Shown here: positions 56,142 through 64,000 of the stretch, piece after piece
Numbering within the stretch: the stretch's first letter is position 1
How the letters are laid out: every line of letters begins with the position of its first letter
Assembly (NCBI GenBank): GCA_017513085.1
Contig: JAFWDK010000027.1
Span: 64,001-128,000, forward strand
Reading direction: 5' to 3'
From: Clostridiales bacterium
GTDB lineage: Bacteria; Bacillota; Clostridia; Saccharofermentanales; Saccharofermentanaceae
Length of the DNA: 64,000 nucleotides
Program-made: the position numbers and the translations under genes
Notes under the pieces: model-generated
The model's input: only the letters and a program-made list of their open reading frames with translations
Databases searched by the model: none
What the model was told of the DNA's origin: nothing

Positions 56142-58562
56142 TCACTTTTTTCCGCCCTCAACCTTATTTCTCTCGAATACCATGATCACACGGTCTTCCT
56201 TAATGGATACCGAGCTGGCGCTGAGCGACATCGCATCGCCGCCACCCAGAGAAGCCTGAACTTTACCGCCTTCATCATTGATCATGCTGTGGAGATGCCA
56301 TCCACCGGCTGCCTTGGCCGCGAGGATCTCCGCGATTCTTTCGGAATTGACTTCACCATTGCTCAAGTGTGGAACAACCACTACAGAGTATTCCTTCAAT
56401 CCATCCGCGATCGAAACGACTCCGCCGGCGCCACCGCCGACCGGCATCTTATCCAGTCTGTCCTGCAGCTTCTTGACTGCAGCCTGTGTCTCATTCAACT
56501 GCTTCTCTAACTCTTCTTTCGACTTAGCCATCTCTGCCAATTCACGCTCCTTCTCTTTGAGTGCATCCTGAAGTTTGCCCTTTTCGCTTTCGGAAAGCGC
56601 AGATTCCTTCAAGGAGACCGCACGCTTTTCTGCCTTCAGGATCAATTCCTGTGCCTCGACTTCGGCCAGTTTCTTCGCATTCTTCGAATCAGCAATGATT
56701 GCCTTGGCGTTCTCCAGATCGCTCTTCAAAGCTGCAATCTGCGTCGTATACGAACTCTTGCTTTCTTCCTGCTCCTTCGTCATCTTTGCGATTTCCGCTT
56801 CCAGAGCACTCTTTTGTTTTGCGATGACATCACAGCCGGCCTTCGCTTCTGCCTGAAGACGATCCTTCTCCTGCTGTGCATTCTTGATGGCATTCTCCGC
56901 CTCGGTCATCTTCGCCTTGGCTGCTTCTTCCATCTTCTGTTTCTCTTGCTGAGCTAATCCAAGCACCTGAGCCGCTTCTGCATCCAGTTTGCTCTTCTCG
57001 GCCTGGGATTTCTCCAGCTCCTGTTTAGCTGCAGCATTGATACGATTGCGCTCGTCTTCCGCTTCCTTGGCAATACGGGCTTTTTCCTGCTCCGCCTGAG
57101 CAATCGCTGCCTGTGCTTCCTTAGCGATACGGGCTTTCTCGTCTTCCGCTTCCTTGGCAAGACGTGCCTTATCTTGTTCCGCTTGAGCAATCGCAGCCTG
57201 CACTTCTGCCGCAATCCGGTTCTTCTCATCTTCTGCTTCTTTTGAAAGACGAGCCTTATCCTGTTCGGCCTGCGCAATGATAGCCTGCGCCTCCACTGCG
57301 ATGCGGTTCTTCTCTTCTTCCGCAGACTGTGCGATCTGCGATCTTGTGATCTCTGCTTCTTGAGTGATACGGGCTTTCTCTTCTTCCGCCTGAGCAACCG
57401 CCGCCTGAGCTTCCTGCTGCATACGTGTCGCTTCCTGCTGCAGTGCCTCCAAGGAAAGCTTCGCCTCTGCTTCGAGACGCTTCTTCTCCTGCTCGGCATT
57501 CTTTCTCAGCGTTTCGATCTCCGCCTCAATATTCTCTTTCTCCTGGGCAACGGCTTCATAGGAAGCCTGTGTCTCATCCAGAGCCTGCTTCATGCGTTCA
57601 GACTCTTCCATGATCTTCTGCTGCTCCGCCTGAGCTTTATTCGCCTCATTAATAACACGCTGCGCTTCTGCAGTATAGGCTTTCAGCTCCTCTGCAGCCT
57701 GCTTCTTCGTCTCTTCCACACTGGTAAGGACCTGCTGTGCTTCCGCCAAAGCCTGCGCCTTAGCATCTTCACCTTCCTTGATTGCCGCAGCACGGGCCTC
57801 TTCGCCTTCTTTGATCTTGGCCTTGCTGATCTCGGAAGCTTCAGCCTCCAGGCGGGCACGCTCGCCCTCATAATCATTACGGATCGCCTCAATGGACGCC
57901 GTCATCTCTTCGTATTCTTTTTTCGCCTTATCGCGCTCAGCCATTGCCGCCTTCGTAGCTTCTTCCGCCGCGATGGCTTCATCAAGCAACTGCTGCTTAC
58001 GCGCCATGGCATCTTTATATTCTTTCTGAACCTGAACAGCCAGCTTCTCTGTCTGTTTCTGGGCATCAAGCAGGATCGCTTCCTGTTCCTTCTGTGCCTG
58101 CTTGACCATCTCATCATGTTCTGCGGCCATCTCTTTTCTGGCCTGTTCTTTCAGTTTTTCCAGCTCTGCGCCGGCATCCTTGGAACGTTTCTTCTCGATT
58201 TCAACTGATTCTCTGAGCTCCTCCAACTCTTTCTCCAGTTGTTTTCTCTCGTCCAAAGCACGCTGGCGGATCTCCACATATTCTTTCTCGATCCGGATCT
58301 TCTCCGATTCCAGTTGCTGGTTCAGCGTCTCGATCTCACGCTGATTACGAGCCTTCATTTCAACGATCGCTTTCTCCTCACTGGATCGTTTCTGTTCCAC
58401 TCTGCTGGCAGCTTCCTGTTCGTTCCGCTTGATATTCTCATTCGCTTCCTGGCGAGCAACATCCTCGCCCTCACGTGCAGCCTTCTGAAAGTCGTACTTA
58501 CACATGAAGCAACGAGCCACGTTATCACCCATCATAACGCCACATACTGGACACTTCTTCAT
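56142..58562 (-). CDS. Zn-ribbon + long Ala/Glu/Lys-rich coiled coil + DUF4177-like C-terminal domain
   Basis: CPVC..CFMC N-terminus; about 690 aa of helical repeat; EYSVV..AAGGWHL..VFER C-terminus; GAGGAG RBS. Confidence 0.8.
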   Translation of the reverse strand: MKKCPVCGVMMGDNVARCFMCKYDFQKAAREGEDVARQEANENIKRNEQEAASRVEQKRSSEEKAIVEMKARNQREIETLNQQLESEKIRIEKEYVEIRQRALDERKQLEKELEELRESVEIEKKRSKDAGAELEKLKEQARKEMAAEHDEMVKQAQKEQEAILLDAQKQTEKLAVQVQKEYKDAMARKQQLLDEAIAAEEATKAAMAERDKAKKEYEEMTASIEAIRNDYEGERARLEAEASEISKAKIKEGEEARAAAIKEGEDAKAQALAEAQQVLTSVEETKKQAAEELKAYTAEAQRVINEANKAQAEQQKIMEESERMKQALDETQASYEAVAQEKENIEAEIETLRKNAEQEKKRLEAEAKLSLEALQQEATRMQQEAQAAVAQAEEEKARITQEAEITRSQIAQSAEEEKNRIAVEAQAIIAQAEQDKARLSKEAEDEKNRIAAEVQAAIAQAEQDKARLAKEAEDEKARIAKEAQAAIAQAEQEKARIAKEAEDERNRINAAAKQELEKSQAEKSKLDAEAAQVLGLAQQEKQKMEEAAKAKMTEAENAIKNAQQEKDRLQAEAKAGCDVIAKQKSALEAEIAKMTKEQEESKSSYTTQIAALKSDLENAKAIIADSKNAKKLAEVEAQELILKAEKRAVSLKESALSESEKGKLQDALKEKERELAEMAKSKEELEKQLNETQAAVKKLQDRLDKMPVGGGAGGVVSIADGLKEYSVVVVPHLSNGEVNSERIAEILAAKAAGGWHLHSMINDEGGKVQASLGGGDAMSLSASSVSIKEDRVIMVFERNKVEGGKK
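57030..57410 (-). repeat. 87-bp (29-aa) degenerate tandem repeat in the coiled-coil gene
   Basis: TCGTCTTCCGCTTCCTTGGCAA recurs at 57052 and 57139; QAAIAQAEQ(D/E)KAR.AKEAEDE unit occurs 3-4 times. Confidence 0.8.
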
Positions 58563-58682
58563 TGCTATTTACTCCTCATGCATCGAATTGTAAAACAATT
58601 ATACAACGTTTTATTCACTTTTTCATTGTTTTCTGGGCGATTTTCACAATTAATTGACAAAGATTTTTCACAAAGTACAAGC

Positions 58683-59246
58683 TTAGCCTTGTACCGGAAC
58701 CGGGAAAAGGTCGAAACTTGAGGCAAAAGAGAAGGCTCCGACAAAAAGAAGGATATAGAAACAAAGAATGATTACCGAAATGATGACCATCAGCCGGCTC
58801 AATCTGAAACAATCTGCCTTTTTATACGGATTTCTTTCTCCTATACCGCTACACGCTTTCACCAGCGCAACAATGGCCAAAGGCAACGGCATTAAGATAC
58901 CAACCAGACTCAGGACCGAAATCACGATCAGGGCAATGGACATGCCTCGAAGAGCTTCAAAATCGTATTCTTCGGTGGCATCAATGTGATAGTAAGTACT
59001 CTCATCATATGCATAGGGAAAAGAACTCTCCGCCGTTGCATACTGCGGATTCATCGCCATGTCAGGCATCGGAAGCGCAGGAGAGGATACAGAAGGAAGG
59101 ATCGTCTCATCGGCTGTCGGAGTATAAAGCGGAATAACCGGATCCGGCATTTTAGCTGAATCTTGTGGCACTTCGATCATAGCGCCGCATTCCGGGCAGA
59201 ATGTGGCACCGTCTGCGATTTCTTTATGACAACGACTGCAGATCAT
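58683..59246 (-). CDS. Zn-ribbon protein with a CD225/dispanin-like membrane domain
   Basis: CSRC..CPEC, Pro-rich linker, hydrophobic hairpin + short loop + C-terminal TM; start after GAAGGAG. Confidence 0.6.
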   Translation of the reverse strand: MICSRCHKEIADGATFCPECGAMIEVPQDSAKMPDPVIPLYTPTADETILPSVSSPALPMPDMAMNPQYATAESSFPYAYDESTYYHIDATEEYDFEALRGMSIALIVISVLSLVGILMPLPLAIVALVKACSGIGERNPYKKADCFRLSRLMVIISVIILCFYILLFVGAFSFASSFDLFPVPVQG

Positions 59247-59349
59247 AACCGTTTCTCCTTCTTTCAGTTCTTTTCCCATCTTATCCGCTTCCATCAGACG
59301 CGTCAAGCATCAGCTCGTGTGCAGGAGCCGAAACCCGGTATTCAAATAA

Positions 59350-59379
59350 AAAGAGGGTAGTCATTTGCGACTACCCTCC
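59350..59379 (-). terminator. intrinsic terminator
   Basis: GAGGGTAGTC...GACTACCCTC with a T-run on the minus strand. Confidence 0.7.
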
Positions 59380-59399
59380 TGATCATTATAACTAAGAAA

Positions 59400-59954
59400 T
59401 TATTTTCCCATCTGCTCAACCGACTCGGATACAGATTCATATACCGACTCGAGGTATTCAGAGAAAGACTTTCCGTCAGCGTACTTGTTAAAGTTGACGA
59501 TCGTGGAGATGACCGAGAATGCCAAACCGCCGAGAATTACTACAAAAGCAATGATCATAAGAATGCGTGCTTTTCTTCTGTTGGAAGCTTCTTCTTCAGC
59601 ATTCATGCTGCTCTTTACCTTCGAGGCAAAGACGATACCAATGATACCGAGGACCATAGCGATCAAAGAAATAAAGTTTGTGCAGCAGCAGCAAACTACA
59701 CCAAGAACAAGCGCGATAATGTTTCCTGCAAGCAATCCGGCCGCGCTGCCCGGAGTATAGTATGGCGGCTGTACGCCATAAGAAGATTGTGGAGCTGTAT
59801 AAGAAGGTTCCGGCTGATACGGAGTCTGAACCGGTTGTTGCGGGAAAGTCGGCTGCGGCATTTCCTGTACCGGCTGTACTTCTACCTTTGCGCCACAGTT
59901 CTGGCAAAACGGGGAACCACCTGTTTCCTGACCACAATATTTACAAATAGACAT
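59400..59954 (-). CDS. Zn-ribbon protein with a CD225/dispanin (or DUF4190)-like membrane domain
   Basis: CKYC..CQNC, Q/P/Y linker, VCCCC..LGIIGIVFASKV..EA..RKAR..TM. Confidence 0.7.
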   Translation of the reverse strand: MSICKYCGQETGGSPFCQNCGAKVEVQPVQEMPQPTFPQQPVQTPYQPEPSYTAPQSSYGVQPPYYTPGSAAGLLAGNIIALVLGVVCCCCTNFISLIAMVLGIIGIVFASKVKSSMNAEEEASNRRKARILMIIAFVVILGGLAFSVISTIVNFNKYADGKSFSEYLESVYESVSESVEQMGK

Positions 59955-60064
59955 TTTCTTCTCCTCCTGTTCCTAATACACGAACAAAATACATTTATTA
60001 TAATAATTTCTTTCCTATACAAACGCAAGAATCATGTTCTTTTCTTTAAGCATTCTTAAACAAG

Positions 60065-60505
60065 TCACGGTGCCAAAATAGAAAACGGCCATGTCGGTAT
60101 GTTTCTCAAAATAGTAAAAAGCACTATAACGACAGCGATCAGTATCGCCGCCCAGAGCGGAAACGTTTCCGGTATCCACATCACCCGTTTCCGGAAGATC
60201 AGAGTCGTCAGCCCGACCAGAAAAAACCAAAACATGATAACAGCCACAAACGGAAATAAAAGATTATAGTCAAAAGCCTCAAGGATATGTCCATGCAGCA
60301 TCGCATGAAATGCCCGTGTTTCACCACAGCCGGGGCAATACAAACCTGTCTGTTCATAGGTGACGCATTTCATGGTCAAACCCTGACTTGCCGACGGATC
60401 AATGAAGTAACCGTATGCCAAACCAAGAAGAACACCCATGACCATACAGAAGACCAGCGGCCATCGGATATAATTTCTAAAAATCAGGGGTCTCTTTTCT
60501 TTCAA
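60065..60505 (-). CDS. DUF2752 domain membrane protein
   Basis: C..Y..TGLYCPGCGETRA..LHG..AF.YN and FTILRN motifs. Confidence 0.85.
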   Translation of the reverse strand: MKEKRPLIFRNYIRWPLVFCMVMGVLLGLAYGYFIDPSASQGLTMKCVTYEQTGLYCPGCGETRAFHAMLHGHILEAFDYNLLFPFVAVIMFWFFLVGLTTLIFRKRVMWIPETFPLWAAILIAVVIVLFTILRNIPTWPFSILAP

Positions 60506-60611
60506 AACTCAACGTCTCCAATATAAATGAATTGACAGCCTTCTCTATTTTGCGGATAAAAGAGAAAACTGTCAATTCACAAGAAAGAATAAGAGGAAAA
60601 ATGAAAAGTTT

Positions 60612-61559
60612 TTAAGCAAATTCCTGGACCCAGTAGTAATGGCCATTGCAAACATAGCAGGAAACACCAAGTTTTGTGTAAGCGCCCTCGAGAATGTTTG
60701 CACGGTGTGTCGGAGAGTTCATCCAGGCTTCAAATACTTCCTGAACAGATGTCTGTCCATGTGCCAGGTTCTCACCCATCTGTGTCCGTGATCCGGCTGT
60801 CCACCACGCGGATCCATCCGGGCGGGTGTGCGAGAAGGATACTACGATCTCACTTGCACGAATATTAGCAGCCTTGGCCAGCGTTCCATCCCAGGAAAGT
60901 TTTCCGAGACCGTTTGCTGCACGAGTATCGTTTACATATTCGAGAACTGCTCTGGCGTAATCATTAAAGTATTCGCCGCTGAGATCTCCAAGAGAATCCT
61001 GCTTCGGAGGCTCTGTCGTTGTTGTTGTCGGAGGTTCCGTCGTTGTCGTCGGAGGCTCTGTCGTTGTTGTCGTCGGAGGCTCTGTCGTCGTTGTCGGAGC
61101 CTCTGTTGTAGTTGTCGGAGCCTCTGTTGTAGTTGTCGGAGCCTCTGTTGTGGTGGTAGCTTCCGTTGTGGCTTCTGTTGTAGTTGTGGCTTCAGTTGTT
61201 GCCTCTGTTGTCTCCTCAACAGTGGTCTCTGTTGTGGTGGCCTCTGTCGTGGTTTCTGTTGTTGCTTCAGTAGTAGTTTCCTTTGTTGTCTCTTCGGTGG
61301 TCTCCTTTGTTGTCTCTACGATTACTTCTTCAACCTTATCTTCCACTTCGATCGTTTCCGGAACGATCACATCAGACTCTACGATGTTCTCGGACTCAAC
61401 AGAAACGACACCCTGCTCAGAAGGTGCAAACCAGGAAGATGTATTCAGAACGTCGGATTTCATATCGGCAAGACCAACTGTGCCCAGCGCAACGGCCGAC
61501 ACGATCGAGATGGTCGCTAAATGTTTTGAAAAGAATGTAATCAAGTTTTGCAACTTCAT
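60612..61559 (-). CDS. secreted CAP (SCP)-domain protein with a Thr-rich linker
   Basis: signal/TM, TTEA/TTEP repeats, FSHTRPDG, GENLA, WMNSPTHRANIL, YWVQEF. Confidence 0.88.
   Translation of the reverse strand: MKLQNLITFFSKHLATISIVSAVALGTVGLADMKSDVLNTSSWFAPSEQGVVSVESENIVESDVIVPETIEVEDKVEEVIVETTKETTEETTKETTTEATTETTTEATTTETTVEETTEATTEATTTTEATTEATTTTEAPTTTTEAPTTTTEAPTTTTEPPTTTTTEPPTTTTEPPTTTTTEPPKQDSLGDLSGEYFNDYARAVLEYVNDTRAANGLGKLSWDGTLAKAANIRASEIVVSFSHTRPDGSAWWTAGSRTQMGENLAHGQTSVQEVFEAWMNSPTHRANILEGAYTKLGVSCYVCNGHYYWVQEFA
61090..61151 (-). repeat. 3 x 21-bp tandem repeat (TTTTEAP) within a larger Thr/Glu/Pro low-complexity tract (about 61010-61320)
   Basis: GTTGTCGGAGCCTCTGTTGTA at 61090, 61111, 61132. 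Confidence 0.8.
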
Positions 61560-61675
61560 AGTTTAGATCCCCCTTCTCATATTTCCTAGACCATTGGTTG
61601 CTTCAAACTATCTAGATTATAATATATGTCTATTGCGGAAATACGTGCAGTTTTTAACTAATTTGTTAACGAAAC

Positions 61676-61707
61676 AAAACCCCGGGCTACAGTAAAGTAG
61701 CCCGGGG
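61676..61707 (-). terminator. terminator after the pilin-like gene
   Basis: CCCCGGGCTAC...GTAGCCCGGGG followed by TTTT on the minus strand. Confidence 0.75.
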
Positions 61708-61787
61708 AAGAGGAAAACGATTGATTTTCTCAAATGTCAATACAACTCCGTCATACAATCTTCGTCAGATTTCTGATTTGTTCTTGC

Positions 61788-62537
61788 TCATCCGATCGCC
61801 AGTCCGAATGTGTTCTGCAGATAGCTGATCTGAGCTGCTGTCAATGCGTAGGTGTCTGTGTTCCAAAGAGACGGGAAGATATTCTGGTCGAGCATCCAGC
61901 GGCCGCTTCCTGTGCCGTTTCCGATCGTCAGGACAAATCCGTTGCCTCTCTTTGCGATCGAGATATCCAGTGTGTTGTACTGGTTGATCTGGATCTTTAC
62001 GCTGTAAGTATTTCCGCCGTTCGAAGGTGTAATGCTTACAACGCCTTGGCCTGTTGTAGTCAATCCGTTTGCAGGTCTAACAGCACCTGTAGATCCGCCG
62101 TTATTGCCCGCTCCACCGCCGGAAGTGTTCTGCGTTGTCGTTGTTGGCGGCAACGTAGTCTCCGTTGTCGTTTCCTGCGTGGTCGTTGTTTGAGGTGGGG
62201 GATTTGTTGTTGTCGCTGCAGGTTCTGATGCAACCGACGGAGCACCTCCACCTCCGGCTCCTGGAGCAGCAGGGCCAGGGATAAGATTCGTATTACCTGT
62301 CGGCGTTCTGTCCGGCGCGGTATCTCTTGTATATCCCTTCAAATACCCTTGCACGTCGTCTTCTACTCTGACATTCATATCATCGTGCTGTTCAACTTTA
62401 TCGGCAGCTACATCTGCACTTCTCAGATAATCACTAACACTTGTTACAAACACCGAAGATAAAACTAAAATGATTGCGATCACACAAACTATCTCAGCAA
62501 GTGTAAAACCTCTTCTGTAAGCTAATGTCTTTTTCAT
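61788..62537 (-). CDS. type IV pilin-like protein (prepilin cleavage/methylation motif)
   Basis: RRG|FTLAE followed by a hydrophobic helix; Thr/Pro/Gly linker; beta-rich C-terminus; AAGGAGG RBS. Confidence 0.8.
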   Translation of the reverse strand: MKKTLAYRRGFTLAEIVCVIAIILVLSSVFVTSVSDYLRSADVAADKVEQHDDMNVRVEDDVQGYLKGYTRDTAPDRTPTGNTNLIPGPAAPGAGGGGAPSVASEPAATTTNPPPQTTTTQETTTETTLPPTTTTQNTSGGGAGNNGGSTGAVRPANGLTTTGQGVVSITPSNGGNTYSVKIQINQYNTLDISIAKRGNGFVLTIGNGTGSGRWMLDQNIFPSLWNTDTYALTAAQISYLQNTFGLAIG

Positions 62538-62830
62538 ATTGTCCCCCTCCTTACTTGGTGGTTTATCCCCTCAAGATCATTGCGACCTTTGTTTTTTTCT
62601 ATGGCTCTATTCTATCAACCCCTTTGTTCAAAATCTACCCTATTTTTGTCACATTTTTGCCATATTTTGTATCTATTTTGTGTCGAAAATATTTCCGAGA
62701 GTCTGTTTTTGTGCTTTTTGCATAAAATCGCATATGCTTTTGCGCATTTCGCCATGTGCTTTTTGTTGCAAATGTGTCGAATTGTGAACTCATCTTCACA
62801 TTTCAAACCGATTTTTAAACAAAATATAAA

Positions 62831-62859
62831 TCGGGCATGTCAAAATTGAACATGCCCGA
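62831..62859 (-). terminator. terminator after cca
   Basis: TCGGGCATG...CATGCCCGA followed by TTTATATTTT. Confidence 0.6.
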
Positions 62860-62884
62860 TGAAAAAAGTGTTTCCAATTCCTGT

Positions 62885-64000
62885 TCAGTGTGTGTCCCGT
62901 TTCTCCCAAATCGACTGTGCCCGTAAGAGAAGCGCCTCTTTTTCGTTAGGAACGGTCTCTTCGATTATTTCATCAAGAAGTTGTTTTTTGATCTCTCCCA
63001 AAACCGGACCGGACGGAATACCGAGCCCGATCAGGTCTTTGCCGCTAACTTGCATATCCGCATACGAGAAGCACAGCGATTCTTTGATCACACTGTCCAC
63101 CATCTCTTCAAACCGGTCGATCTCCGGGAACCGGTAACTGCTAAGTTCAGAATGCGCCTTGATATCGGCTCTCTTCACCTGGATCAGTTTTCGAAGGATA
63201 TCTTCTCCGTACTGGTTCAATCTTCTCCGCACTATGTGAAGGCTCGGCTCCAAAGCCACATCATGGATCTTGATCAGCGTAACGATCGTTTCCCTCGTTT
63301 TGGTATCGACCTTCAAACGCCGAAGGATCGCGTCTGCCATATCCGCGCCTTTCTTCTGGTGTCCGTAGAAATGCCCGATGCCGTCTTCTCCCCTCTGGAA
63401 GCACTGCGGCTTGGCCACATCGTGCAGCAGCATCGTGACACGGAGGATCAGATCGCCGGGCACATTCTCCATCGCGACCAGGCTATGTTCCCACACATCA
63501 TAAATATGGTGCGGATTATACTGGTTACACCCCTTCATGGGAACGATCTCCGGGATCACCACCGCGATCACATCAATATATCGTCTTAATATGTCCGTAG
63601 CGAATTTTCCGCAAAACAGCTTGCTTAGTTCCTGCCAGACCCTCTCGACGGAAAGGCGCGAAAGAGAATCCTTCTTCAGGAAGATCTGCTTCTCGGTCTC
63701 TTCTTCGATTGAAAAGCCCAGTTGCGAAGCAAAACGCAAAGCCCGAAGAATACGCAAGGCATCCTCTTCAAAACGGATCTTCGGATCTCCCACCGCACGG
63801 ATCAGTCCTTTTTCCAGATCTTCCCGGCCTCCGCAGTGATCCACGAGCACAGAATCTTTCGAAAGCGCCAGTGCATTGATTGTAAAATCGCGTCTTTTCA
63901 CATCTTCTTCCAGATTCCTGGTAAAAAGCACTTCCTGCGGGTGCCGCGCGTCGAGATATTCGCCATCGATCCTAAATGTCGTCACCTCGATAGGCACTGA
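62885..64000 (-). CDS. cca: CCA tRNA nucleotidyltransferase / HD-domain protein (5' end outside the window)
   Basis: EVTTFR, RRDFTINA, EDALRILRALRF, LHDVAKP, HFYGH. Confidence 0.88.
   Translation of the reverse strand, partial: SVPIEVTTFRIDGEYLDARHPQEVLFTRNLEEDVKRRDFTINALALSKDSVLVDHCGGREDLEKGLIRAVGDPKIRFEEDALRILRALRFASQLGFSIEEETEKQIFLKKDSLSRLSVERVWQELSKLFCGKFATDILRRYIDVIAVVIPEIVPMKGCNQYNPHHIYDVWEHSLVAMENVPGDLILRVTMLLHDVAKPQCFQRGEDGIGHFYGHQKKGADMADAILRRLKVDTKTRETIVTLIKIHDVALEPSLHIVRRRLNQYGEDILRKLIQVKRADIKAHSELSSYRFPEIDRFEEMVDSVIKESLCFSYADMQVSGKDLIGLGIPSGPVLGEIKKQLLDEIIEETVPNEKEALLLRAQSIWEKRDTH

Noticed and set aside
57030-61320. Tandem repeats as CRISPR or DGR elements
   Set aside because: The repeats are in-frame coding repeats without unique spacers; no cas or reverse transcriptase genes in the window

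Overview
64 kb of chromosomal backbone from an anaerobic Firmicute (Clostridia-like gene content and order, roughly 50% G+C, sigmaA-type promoters). It holds about 63 CDS: an orphan sugar-ABC ATPase, argBDF, ispE/veg, fhs, ffs-dnaX-ybaB-recR, a tyrA-aroEK-aroB-aroA-aroC-aroQ/CM operon, glnA, paaK, hprK-murB-rapZ-whiA, a divergent EF-G paralog, cca, and many envelope and Zn-ribbon proteins. RNA features are two tRNAs (Gly-CCC, Thr-GGT), an SRP RNA and a T-box leader. I found no prophage, transposase, CRISPR array or recognisable defence island. Best leads: (1) a T-box with a probable Phe specifier controlling phenylacetate-CoA ligase, while the aro operon lacks pheA; (2) a macrodomain-HTH protein next to glnA, plus a vWA gene behind a palindrome; (3) a DUF2752 + two dispanin/IFITM-like + Zn-ribbon coiled-coil cluster whose N-terminal Zn ribbon recurs on a degenerate HD protein 40 kb away; (4) a duplicated YdjG-like gene paired with a TPM-less YdjH-tail-like gene; (5) an EF-G paralog with a degenerate GTPase site; (6) a 47-bp IS3-type mini-element. 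All family calls come from motif recognition by eye; no searches were run.
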